DNA of 61,840 bases from Puniceicoccaceae bacterium. GTDB lineage: Bacteria > Verrucomicrobiota > Verrucomicrobiia > Opitutales > Oceanipulchritudinaceae. Below, one piece after another: positions 9,422 to 18,011 of this stretch (the first letter of the stretch is position 1; each line of letters begins with the position of its first letter). Under the pieces are notes generated by a model that worked only from the letters and a program-made list of their open reading frames with translations, ran no database searches and was not told the origin of the DNA. The stretch covers positions 1-61,840 of the forward strand of contig JBFOMH010000025.1 of NCBI GenBank assembly GCA_040830765.1, given 5' to 3'. The position numbers were made by a program, and so were the translations under genes.

Positions 9422-10885
9422 AGGCCCGGCGAAGCGGAAGAACGTTTTACCGGGACTGGGAGCGGGTAAGGTGACTTCTGATGTCTCCGCCGTATCGAAC
9501 CAATCAATCATGTCTTCGCTCTCCTGCACCGTGAAGTTCATCGTCGCCTGACCCTCGACAATCTCGATCATGGTGCTGCCGGGGCGCAAGTCGGAGATTT
9601 CCTCAAGGGTGTACTCGTTGGCCAGTTGGGCTGATTGGTCATTAATTAAGGAGACTAAAGCATTTCCGGAAGCACCCGTGAAAATGGTGTCTGATATCGT
9701 GACGCCAGTGAGGTTGGTGCCAAGGAGGTCGGCGCCGGTGAGGTTGGCGCCGGTGAGGTTGGCGCTGCTGAGGTCGGCGAAGGTGAGATTGGCGCTGCTG
9801 AGGTTAGCGCTGCTGAGGTCGCGGAAGGTGAGGTCGGCACCGCTGAGGTCGGCGCCGGTGAGGTTGGCGCCAGGACCAATCAGGTAACCGTCGATCAGCC
9901 GCCAATCCAGAGGCAAGAGAGGGTTGCCGACAATTCCACCTGATCTTACACCTTCCAGGTTCGCGCCAATGAGCTCGGCACCGGAGAGTTTGGCGTTGGT
10001 GAGGGTAGCGCCACTGAGGTTGGCGTCGGTGAGGATGGCAAAGCTTAGGGTAACCCCGCTGAGGTCGGCGCCGGTGAGGTTGGCGCTGCTCAAGTCCGCG
10101 GCTTGACCAATCAAGTAGCCATCGATCAACTGCCAATCCACAGGCAAACTAGACGGATTGCCTACAATTCCACCCGATTTGGAATAGGTAAGGCTGGCGT
10201 TGGCGAGGACGGCGCCGCTGAGGTCGGCGCTGCTGAGGTTGGCAAAATGGAGGGTTGCGAAATCGAAATCGGCGCCGGTGAGGTCCGCTCCGGAAAGATC
10301 GGCATTGTATAGGATGGCCCCCAAGAGTATGGCGTCGGTGAGAGTTGCACCGGAGAGGTTGGCGTCGGTGAGGTCGGCGCTTGTTAGGATGGCTTGGAAG
10401 AGGTCTGCGCTGGTGAGGTCGGCCTCGCTGAGGTCAGCGGTGGTGAGGTCGGCGTTGCTGAGAGTTGCACCGGTGAGGCTGGCTTGTAGGAGGGTGGTGC
10501 TGGTGAGGTCGGCGTTGCTGAAGTTGGCATTGCTGGCTAAAACCTGGGCCAGGCCGGCATTTGAGAAATCCGCGCCATTGAGAACCGCTCCACTGAGGTC
10601 CGCCTGAAGCATGGCAGTGTCACTCAAATCGGCATTGAAGAGATTGGCACCATTGAGGTTGGCACTGACGAGGAAAGCACCGGAAAGATTGGCGCTTACG
10701 CTCACCACCCCCGGGCCCAAATCCACCCCGGCATACGGATGCGGCCCACCCCCGTTGAGAAATGTATAGTTAATTGAACTGGTGGAACCATCCCGTAACT
10801 CATAGGTGGCCGAGTGTAGAGGGAGGCTACCGTACAAAATGACGCCGGCAAAAATGAGTGAGGCTCTTGAGAACTTAACGGGCAT
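9416..10885 (-). CDS. Secreted pentapeptide-repeat protein with C-terminal non-repeat module
   Basis: Dozens of A(D/N)L(S/T)x repeats; signal-peptide-like N-terminus from ATG 10885 (MPVKFSRASLIFAGVILYG); C-terminal ...ESEDMIDW...KTFFRF module. Confidence 0.88.
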   Translation of the reverse strand: MPVKFSRASLIFAGVILYGSLPLHSATYELRDGSTSSINYTFLNGGGPHPYAGVDLGPGVVSVSANLSGAFLVSANLNGANLFNADLSDTAMLQADLSGAVLNGADFSNAGLAQVLASNANFSNADLTSTTLLQASLTGATLSNADLTTADLSEADLTSADLFQAILTSADLTDANLSGATLTDAILLGAILYNADLSGADLTGADFDFATLHFANLSSADLSGAVLANASLTYSKSGGIVGNPSSLPVDWQLIDGYLIGQAADLSSANLTGADLSGVTLSFAILTDANLSGATLTNAKLSGAELIGANLEGVRSGGIVGNPLLPLDWRLIDGYLIGPGANLTGADLSGADLTFRDLSSANLSSANLTFADLSSANLTGANLTGADLLGTNLTGVTISDTIFTGASGNALVSLINDQSAQLANEYTLEEISDLRPGSTMIEIVEGQATMNFTVQESEDMIDWFDTAETSEVTLPAPSPGKTFFRFAGPE

Positions 10886-11084
10886 GTGTTGGTCTTTCTT
10901 GAACAAGTTAAAAGACCAAAGAGCGTTTTAATCTAATAGCCTGTATGCCAGTTTATTATAGGTCGCAGCGACACCGGTCTGTCAATGGAGTAGTTCCATG
11001 GGAAGCGACCAAGCCAAAATGCAGCGAGTGGAACGAGCGATCAGCCCGTGCTTCGCCCCTGCCCCTCGGCAGGCTCGGGGCACT

Positions 11085-11120
11085 CGATTTTCCATCGCCA
11101 GCAAGCTGTCGGGAAAATCG
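11085..11120 (-). terminator. Hairpin immediately 3' of tRNA-Cys
   Basis: CGATTTTCC (11085-11093) pairs with GGAAAATCG (11112-11120); inner CAGC/GCTG stem. Confidence 0.5.
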
Positions 11121-11121
11121 G

Positions 11122-11197
<76 letters not shown>

Positions 11198-11299
11198 AAC
11201 AGAAAGAAGGAAAAATCGCTCATCTGTGGCAAAGGTCAACGGGAAAGTGATGTTTTTGGAGGTAAATGAAAAATGCCTGAAAAGGGGTAGAATGGAAGG

Positions 11300-11329
11300 T
11301 TGACGCCGAATCAACCAGTTGGTTGATTC
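11300..11329 (+). promoter_or_regulatory. Toxin-antitoxin promoter/operator: -35-like TTGACG plus 22-bp inverted repeat
   Basis: TTGACG at 11300-11305, then GAATCAACCA-GT-TGGTTGATTC (11308-11329), ending 5 bp before the antitoxin ATG. Confidence 0.65.
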
Positions 11330-11334
11330 AATCC

Positions 11335-11607
11335 ATGAAACGCATTGGCATATTCCGGGCCAAGACCCATCTTTCGGACCTATGCCGGGAGGTTAAAGAG
11401 CAAGGATCCCCTTATCTGATTGAGAAGCGGGGCAAACCGGTGGCGATGCTCAGTCCGGTACCGGAGGCAATATTGCAAGAGCAGCCGGACATCGTTACCG
11501 CCCTGGCGGATTGGGAGAAGCGGCACGGACCGGACAAGTCGCGGACCGAATTTCCGGAGGTATGGAAGCTAAGAACCGGCGGAAAAGCTGCACCGGAACT
11601 GGACTGA
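11335..11607 (+). CDS. Phd/YefM-family antitoxin
   Basis: MKRIGIFRAKTHLSDLCREV...IEKRGKPVAML is a typical Phd N-terminus; lies upstream of a PIN toxin. Confidence 0.88.
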   Translation: MKRIGIFRAKTHLSDLCREVKEQGSPYLIEKRGKPVAMLSPVPEAILQEQPDIVTALADWEKRHGPDKSRTEFPEVWKLRTGGKAAPELD

Positions 11608-11610
11608 GCA

Positions 11611-12021
11611 ATGGCGAGGCGCTACCTTCTTGACACCTCCGTCTTTTCCCAGCCGTTGCGGAGGAAACCGGTGCCAGACGTTCTGCAGAAATGGCGAGCA
11701 GTGGGCGATGAGGCCTGTGCAATTTCCATTGTCACCCTGGCGGAAATGGAATTCGGGCTGGAGCTGGAAAAGCAAACCAGCCGGAAGGAGAAGTTTGAGG
11801 CCTTGCTGCGGTATCGATTACCGGTGTTACCGACAGATGAGGCCGTCTGGTCACAGTTTTCCCGGATGAAGGCCCGCCAGCAGGCCAACGGCGAACCGGT
11901 TGGGGACATGGATCTCTTGATTGCGGCCACAGCGGTGCACCACAAGCTGTGCGTAGCCACGCTTGACCAAAACGATTTTTCCCGCATCGAGTCCCTGTCC
12001 TGGGAAGATTGGTCGAAATAA
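11611..12021 (+). CDS. vapC: PIN-domain toxin (VapC family)
   Basis: YLLDTSV, TLAEMEFG, DLLIAATA and TLDQNDF provide the acidic PIN residues. Confidence 0.92.
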   Translation: MARRYLLDTSVFSQPLRRKPVPDVLQKWRAVGDEACAISIVTLAEMEFGLELEKQTSRKEKFEALLRYRLPVLPTDEAVWSQFSRMKARQQANGEPVGDMDLLIAATAVHHKLCVATLDQNDFSRIESLSWEDWSK

Positions 12022-12073
12022 GTCCTGTTTTTGGCATTTACTTGCGCCGACTAGATAGGAAAGATGCTCACCC

Positions 12074-12859
12074 ATGTCGGCCACCGTATTCACGATTGCC
12101 AATCAAAAAGGAGGCGTGGGAAAAACCACGACCGCCATTAACCTCGCTGCCGGCCTGGCGGAGCAGAAGGTCCGGACCCTGTTGATCGACCTTGATCCGC
12201 AGGCCAACGCGACCTCCGGGCTGGGCTTTGAGAAAACGCCCGGTGGAAGCGTCTATGGTCCCCTGCACGGCGAGGGAACCTTGATGGAAAAAGTTGTCGA
12301 GACCCGGACCAAGCACCTTTCGCTGATCCCTTCGGAAGTGGATATGGCAGCCCTGGAGATTGAACTGGCCCAGCAGGACAACTACCTTGCCCGCCTGCGC
12401 CAACTGGTCGCTCCCCTGCATGACGAAGGTGGCTACCAGGCTGTCATCCTCGATTGTCCCCCTGCCCTCGGGCTGATTTCCATGAACGCCCTCGCAGCAG
12501 CCGACTACCTGCTCATTGCCCTGCAATGCGAGTACCTTGCGCTCGAGGGCCTCGGGCAGATCCTTAATGTCGTCGAAAAACTCCGGGAAGCGGGCGTCAA
12601 CCCGGACCTCGAAGTCGGCGGGATCATGATGACCATGTTCGACATCCGCACGAATCTTAGTCGCCAGGTGGTCAGCGAGGTCAAGACCCACTTTCCGGAC
12701 AAGATATTCGATGTCATGATTCCTCGATCTGTCCGCTTGGGCGAAGCGCCCAGCTACGGCCAGACAATTTTCGAGTACGATGCCAATTCAGCCGGTGCCC
12801 AAACCTACCGCACGCTGGCCAAGGAAGTCGCCAAGCGGTTTGACCTGAAGAAGAAATAG
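12074..12859 (+). CDS. parA: ParA/Soj-family ATPase
   Basis: [36 protein letters not shown] and [12 protein letters not shown] motifs. Confidence 0.93.
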   Translation: MSATVFTIANQKGGVGKTTTAINLAAGLAEQKVRTLLIDLDPQANATSGLGFEKTPGGSVYGPLHGEGTLMEKVVETRTKHLSLIPSEVDMAALEIELAQQDNYLARLRQLVAPLHDEGGYQAVILDCPPALGLISMNALAAADYLLIALQCEYLALEGLGQILNVVEKLREAGVNPDLEVGGIMMTMFDIRTNLSRQVVSEVKTHFPDKIFDVMIPRSVRLGEAPSYGQTIFEYDANSAGAQTYRTLAKEVAKRFDLKKK

Positions 12860-12868
12860 CGGCACGCT

Positions 12869-13582
12869 ATGACCAACATGGCTGACGGGGACAAGGATAT
12901 GGCTCCCCTGGAGGAGCGCATCGGGTACCGGTTTGCCGACCGGGAATTGCTCCATCGTAGCCTGACCCACCCCTCGCACCACGGGGAGTCTGTCCAAGGC
13001 AATTATCAACGTCTGGAGTTTCTTGGTGACGCCGTCCTCGGACTGGTCCTTGCCGAGGAGCTCTTCAAGACCCAGCCCGACAAACGCGAAGGGGCCTTGA
13101 CCCGATGCCGCTCGATGCTCGTCAAGGGCCGTCAACTCAGCAAGCTGGCCAAGGAAATCGACTTGGGAGAATACCTGTTGATCGGCTCCGCGGAAGCCGC
13201 CCAGGGCGGACGAAGCCGCAATTCAATCCTTGAGGACGCCTTTGAGGCGATGATTGGGGCCGTCTACATCGATGGCGGACTGGAATCGGCCCGTCAGGTC
13301 GCTTTGGGTATCTACGGTGATCTTGAGGCGCGGCTCGACCTGCAGGCGGATGTCCACAACCCGAAAGGGAAGCTTCAGGAATTGCTCCAGCCCAGCCTTG
13401 GCAATGACTCGATTGAATACCGGGTCACCGAGGAAAGCGGCCCGGATCATCAGAAGCGTTTCACGGTCGAAGTTTGGATTGATGGCGAACGTCGGGGTGG
13501 CGGAACCGGCAACTCCAAGAAGCTGGCCGAGGAAGCAGCAGCCCGGGAAGCCCTTGAGGACATTGACCCAGCCGGCCAATGA
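12869..13582 (+). CDS. rnc: Ribonuclease III
   Basis: NYQRLEFLGDAVL signature, EDAFEAMIGAVYID, and a C-terminal dsRBD (KGKLQE...GPDHQKRF...SKKLAEEAAA). Start could be a later Met. Confidence 0.96.
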   Translation: MTNMADGDKDMAPLEERIGYRFADRELLHRSLTHPSHHGESVQGNYQRLEFLGDAVLGLVLAEELFKTQPDKREGALTRCRSMLVKGRQLSKLAKEIDLGEYLLIGSAEAAQGGRSRNSILEDAFEAMIGAVYIDGGLESARQVALGIYGDLEARLDLQADVHNPKGKLQELLQPSLGNDSIEYRVTEESGPDHQKRFTVEVWIDGERRGGGTGNSKKLAEEAAAREALEDIDPAGQ

Positions 13583-16500
13583 AGCCCTTCCGCATACCGA
13601 AAGGGCGTTCGGTCTCGTTCTACTCCGGTGTCCTTGAGGCTGCCCGGCCGCTGGTCATCGCGGACCGCATCCAGCAGGCGAAGCCCGCTGTGAGTGTCAT
13701 TATCTGCCCACGGATCATCACCGCCCGTGAGCTGATGACAACCGTCCCGCAATTTGCCACGCTGGCCAAGGAGGACTCGCTGGCTCTCAATTTGTCCCTG
13801 CTGCCTCCCCCTCCGCCGCCTGAAGATCCGGAGGATCCCATTCCTGAGCGACTGCGGGAGGAACTGGAATGCGACCGTCTGGCCAGCCTGACTCATCTGG
13901 CCAACTTTGCCACCTCACCGCCCGCAAATAAACGCCTGGTCGTCTTCACAACACCAGAAGGACTCTTTGCTGACGTTCCGTCGATGAAGGATCTGGCCGA
14001 ACGCGAGGTGCGGTTGCAGGCCGGCAGTACCGTCGCCTTTGAAGAGCTGAAGCAGCGTCTGGGAGAGGACCTGGATTACTTTGCCGAGGCGGTCTGCGAA
14101 AGGCCCGGCCAGTTTGCCATCAGGGGCGGCCTTATTGACGTCTATCCCTTGAACGCATCCGCCCCGGTTCGATTGGACTTTTTCGGGGATGAGCTGGAAT
14201 CGATCCGGCAATTCGACCCGACTACCCAGCGCTCATTGGAATCGGTCGCGGAAGTAACTATCGCCGCCCGCAATGCAACCGGGAATACCGCTGGCCGCCA
14301 TGCCATTCATTCCTATTTTGCGGAAGCCGTCTCCTGGGTCCTCCTGGAGCCGTCTGATGCCGCCGATGAAGCGCCCAGCTACTTTCAGGAATTCGAGAAA
14401 ATCAAAGACCAGCGGGCTGCCTTTCCGGCCCTATTCTATGGTCGGCAGGCCAGCCTCGACACCTGGACCATCCTCCAGGAACTGGAAACAGATCCGGGCT
14501 GCCTCGATGCCTCCTACACCCCCATCCCACTGGACTTCCAATCCCTCGAACCCTTTCGTCCCAATCCCCTCGAGGGAACCATCGGACTGGAACGCCTTGA
14601 GGAAGAGACAGCTGCCCGGACCGCCTTCATTTCCATGCTCAGCCAATGGCAGGAAGAAGAGACCTGCGAGATTCTGGGCCTGCTCCCCACTACCGGCAAG
14701 ATTGAGGAAATCAAGCGGTTGCTCGATGAACAGACTGCCAGTGGTCTTCCGGTCGAATTTCTTGAGGGCGATTTGCCGGAGGGATTTATTCTCCAGACTC
14801 CCCCGCAGGGATGGTTCAGCTGGATGGCCCGTCCTCCAAAGGGAAAAGTCATCCTGGTCACGGAACGCGAATGGCTGGGTCGGCACATCTCGCGCCGCCC
14901 GGTCCTGAGGCAGCGCCTCCTTCCCCACCGCACCCGGGTGGACAGCCTGCTTGACTTTGCTGACCTCGCCGACGGCGATTACCTGGTCCATCTTTCCCAC
15001 GGAATCTGCCGCTATCGAGGCCTGACAAAAATGGAGATGCGCGGCCGCGAGGAGGAAGTGATCTCCGTTGAGTTTGCGGAAAACGTCACCCTCCATGTCC
15101 CGCTGGCCGAGGCCCACCTGCTGACCCGTTACGTCGGCCTGACCCATGCCCAGCCGAAACTGGGCCGCCTCGGGACCAACCTCTGGGACAAGACCCGTGC
15201 CGCCGCCGAAAAGGCCACCCTGGATTATGCCTCGGAGATGCTGCAGTTGCAGGCCAAGCGCGCCCACCATCCCGGTCATGCCTTTCAGCCGGATACTGAG
15301 TGGCAAAAGGCGTTTGAGAATGCCTTCCCCTACAAGGAGACGATCGATCAGGCTGCCGCCATCGAGGACAGCAAGCTCGACATGGAGCAGGAAAAGCCGA
15401 TGGACCGGCTGGTCTGTGGGGATGTCGGTTTCGGCAAGACGGAGGTGGCCATCCGGGCAGCCTTCAAGGCGGTCATGGAAGGATTCCAGGTGGCAATCAT
15501 GGTGCCAACAACCGTCCTTGCTCAACAGCACTATGAGACCTTCCGGGAGCGCTTTGCCGCCTACCCCATCTCGGTGGAGATGCTGAGTCGCTTCCGCAGC
15601 ACGGCGCAACAAAAGGAAATCGTCAGCCAGTTGCAGAACGGGCGCATCGACCTGGTAATCGGTACGCATCGGCTAATCAGCAAGGATGTCAACTTTGCCA
15701 ATCTCGGCCTGCTGGTCATCGACGAGGAGCACCGCTTCGGCGTGCGCCACAAGGAACGACTGAAGCAGTTCAAGACGGAGGTGGATGTCCTTTCCATGAG
15801 CGCCACCCCGATTCCGCGGACCCTCTACCTCGCACTAATGGGCGCGAGGGACCTCAGTGTCATTGAAACGCCCCCTGCCGACCGGCTCCCCATCGAGACC
15901 CTCGTCCGGACCTATGACCCGGACCTCGTCAAGCGGGCCATTGAGCGGGAACTGGAACGCGGCGGCCAGGTCTTCTACCTCCATAACCGCGTCCAAAGTA
16001 TTGATTCGGTTGCTGCCAGCCTCAACGACATGCTGCCCGATGCTAGTATCGAGGTTGGCCATGGCCAGATGTCAGAGCATCAACTGGAAAAGGTCATGAC
16101 CCGGTTTGTCGCCGGAAAGACGGATATATTGGTCTGTACCACGATTATCGAGAACGGCCTCGATATCCCGAATTGCAATACGATCATCATTGAGGGAGCC
16201 GATCGCTTTGGGCTATCCCAACTCTACCAACTGCGCGGCCGGGTCGGCCGTTTCAAACGGCAGGCCTATGCCTATTTGCTGCTGCACCGATATACCCACA
16301 TGCTGGACCAGGCCCGCAAACGGCTCTCCGCCATGCGGCAGCACAACCAACTGGGGGCCGGGTTCAAGATTGCCATGCGCGACCTGGAGCTGCGGGGAGC
16401 CGGCAACCTCCTTGGCCACCAGCAAAGCGGGCACATTGCCGGCGTCGGATTTGATCTCTATTGCCAGTTGCTGCGCCAAAGTATCCAGCGGCTCAAGGGG

Positions 16501-17016
16501 GATCCAGCCGCCGCCCGCATTCGGGCCAATGTCTTTCTCGACTTTATTCGCGAAGGCCGCTCCGGGGAAGCTTCCGCAAGGCGGGTCGAGACAGGATTTG
16601 CCGCCCTCGCGGAGGAGGAATTGGCAGGGACCCGCATCGAGCCGGAATCGGCACGCCTTCCAGATGCCTACATCCCGGAAACCCGGCTCAGAATCGAATT
16701 CTACCGCCAGCTGGCCATGGCCAACTCCATGGAGGAAGTAGAGGAAATTTCGGCCGCCCTTGAGGACCGCTTCGGCAAACAACCGGCCAGTGTCAGGCGC
16801 CTGGTTACCGTCGCCCGCATTCGCGTATTGGCGGAAATAGCCGGTATCCGGACCGTCGAAACTGAAGGAAACCGCCTGAAATGTCAGCTCGCCGGGGGTA
16901 AAAAAGGCCAATTCCTGCAACAATCCGGTAGATTTCCCCGCTTGACCGGTCAAACTGCAGACCTAAGGTTACGCGAAATTGAACAATTTCTGACACGTCA
17001 GTGTCACACAACTTGA
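13579..17016 (+). CDS. mfd: Transcription-repair coupling factor
   Basis: UvrB-like region (PGQFAIRGGLIDVYP), RID (VHLSHGICRY), GDVGFGKTEVA, DEEHRFGV, QLRGRVGR, TRG motif and TRCF C-domain. Confidence 0.97.
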   Translation: MKPFRIPKGRSVSFYSGVLEAARPLVIADRIQQAKPAVSVIICPRIITARELMTTVPQFATLAKEDSLALNLSLLPPPPPPEDPEDPIPERLREELECDRLASLTHLANFATSPPANKRLVVFTTPEGLFADVPSMKDLAEREVRLQAGSTVAFEELKQRLGEDLDYFAEAVCERPGQFAIRGGLIDVYPLNASAPVRLDFFGDELESIRQFDPTTQRSLESVAEVTIAARNATGNTAGRHAIHSYFAEAVSWVLLEPSDAADEAPSYFQEFEKIKDQRAAFPALFYGRQASLDTWTILQELETDPGCLDASYTPIPLDFQSLEPFRPNPLEGTIGLERLEEETAARTAFISMLSQWQEEETCEILGLLPTTGKIEEIKRLLDEQTASGLPVEFLEGDLPEGFILQTPPQGWFSWMARPPKGKVILVTEREWLGRHISRRPVLRQRLLPHRTRVDSLLDFADLADGDYLVHLSHGICRYRGLTKMEMRGREEEVISVEFAENVTLHVPLAEAHLLTRYVGLTHAQPKLGRLGTNLWDKTRAAAEKATLDYASEMLQLQAKRAHHPGHAFQPDTEWQKAFENAFPYKETIDQAAAIEDSKLDMEQEKPMDRLVCGDVGFGKTEVAIRAAFKAVMEGFQVAIMVPTTVLAQQHYETFRERFAAYPISVEMLSRFRSTAQQKEIVSQLQNGRIDLVIGTHRLISKDVNFANLGLLVIDEEHRFGVRHKERLKQFKTEVDVLSMSATPIPRTLYLALMGARDLSVIETPPADRLPIETLVRTYDPDLVKRAIERELERGGQVFYLHNRVQSIDSVAASLNDMLPDASIEVGHGQMSEHQLEKVMTRFVAGKTDILVCTTIIENGLDIPNCNTIIIEGADRFGLSQLYQLRGRVGRFKRQAYAYLLLHRYTHMLDQARKRLSAMRQHNQLGAGFKIAMRDLELRGAGNLLGHQQSGHIAGVGFDLYCQLLRQSIQRLKGDPAAARIRANVFLDFIREGRSGEASARRVETGFAALAEEELAGTRIEPESARLPDAYIPETRLRIEFYRQLAMANSMEEVEEISAALEDRFGKQPASVRRLVTVARIRVLAEIAGIRTVETEGNRLKCQLAGGKKGQFLQQSGRFPRLTGQTADLRLREIEQFLTRQCHTT

Positions 17017-17018
17017 TA

Positions 17019-18011
17019 ATGCGACGTACTACGCTAACCCTCTTTCTTGCTTCACTATTGCTAATGCTGCCGTCGGTCTCCGCGGTGGCCCAGACCGTGC
17101 ACAACATCTGGGATCCTCCCTACCGGCAGGGAATTGCCGCCGAGGTGGAGAACAAGATTATCACTTTCGAGGAACTGCGGCGGGAAATGATGCCCCTCAT
17201 TCCGCGCATCCGGGAATCCTCCCGATCCCGCGCCGAGTTCACCGCCAGGATGCAGGAACTTTATCTGGAAGTGCTCCAGAACCTTATCGACCGGGTTCTT
17301 ATCGTGGAAGAATTCCGGGAAAAGGAATACCAGCTTCCCCAGACCTTCATCGAGAACGAGTTCGACCGTATCCTGATTGAGGATTTCGAAAACGACCGGA
17401 CCCGTTTCCTCGAATACCTCGAGTCCCTTGGCAAGAACATGCGCGAGTTCCGTATTGATCTTCGCGACCGGATTATTGTCAGTGTCATGCGCTCGGAGAA
17501 AAGAAAGTCCCAGTCGCAGATTTCCCCGGAACGGATCGAGCAGTTCTATAACGAAAACAAGATCAATTTCTACGAGGAAGAAGCGGTCAAGCTGCGCATC
17601 ATCATGCTGCGGCCACTGGCCGATGAAAACCCCGACCAGATGCGGCAGACCATCGAACGCATCTTTGAGGACCTTGAGTCCGGCAAGCCCTTTGATGAAG
17701 TTGCCAGCGAATACAGTCAGGACTCCCGCCGTGAACGCGGTGGCGACTGGGGCTGGATTCAGCGACCGGACCTCAAGGACGAACTGAGTGCGGTCGCATT
17801 TGCCCTCGAAAAAGGATCCTACAGTGAGCCGGTTACCCTTGGGGAACAGATTTTTATCCTCTACGCGGAAGACAAGCGGGATGAAGGCATCCAGCCCATC
17901 AACGAAGTCCGCGACCGCATTGAGGAAATCCTGGCCAGCCAGTTAGCCCGGCAAGCCCAGGACCAGTGGATTGAGCGGCTTCGCAGGGAAGCCTATATCC
18001 GCTACTACTGA
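17019..18011 (+). CDS. SurA/PrsA-type peptidylprolyl isomerase (parvulin)
   Basis: Signal peptide from ATG 17019; IAAEVENKIIT SurA-N motif; FDEVASEYSQD...GGDWGWI rotamase motif; follows mfd. Confidence 0.85.
   Translation: MRRTTLTLFLASLLLMLPSVSAVAQTVHNIWDPPYRQGIAAEVENKIITFEELRREMMPLIPRIRESSRSRAEFTARMQELYLEVLQNLIDRVLIVEEFREKEYQLPQTFIENEFDRILIEDFENDRTRFLEYLESLGKNMREFRIDLRDRIIVSVMRSEKRKSQSQISPERIEQFYNENKINFYEEEAVKLRIIMLRPLADENPDQMRQTIERIFEDLESGKPFDEVASEYSQDSRRERGGDWGWIQRPDLKDELSAVAFALEKGSYSEPVTLGEQIFILYAEDKRDEGIQPINEVRDRIEEILASQLARQAQDQWIERLRREAYIRYY

Noticed and set aside
9700..10700. Dense 15-bp-period DNA repeats resembling a CRISPR or tandem array
   Set aside because: They encode pentapeptide repeats; there is no constant repeat/unique spacer structure and no cas genes.
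9416..10885. Qnr/MfpA-type quinolone resistance gene
   Set aside because: The signal peptide, length, inserts and C-terminal module do not fit cytoplasmic gyrase-protecting proteins.
14431..15669. 412-aa antisense ORF within mfd (similarly 4430..5449, 27983..28891, 41094..41987)
   Set aside because: Shadow ORFs opposite better-supported genes.
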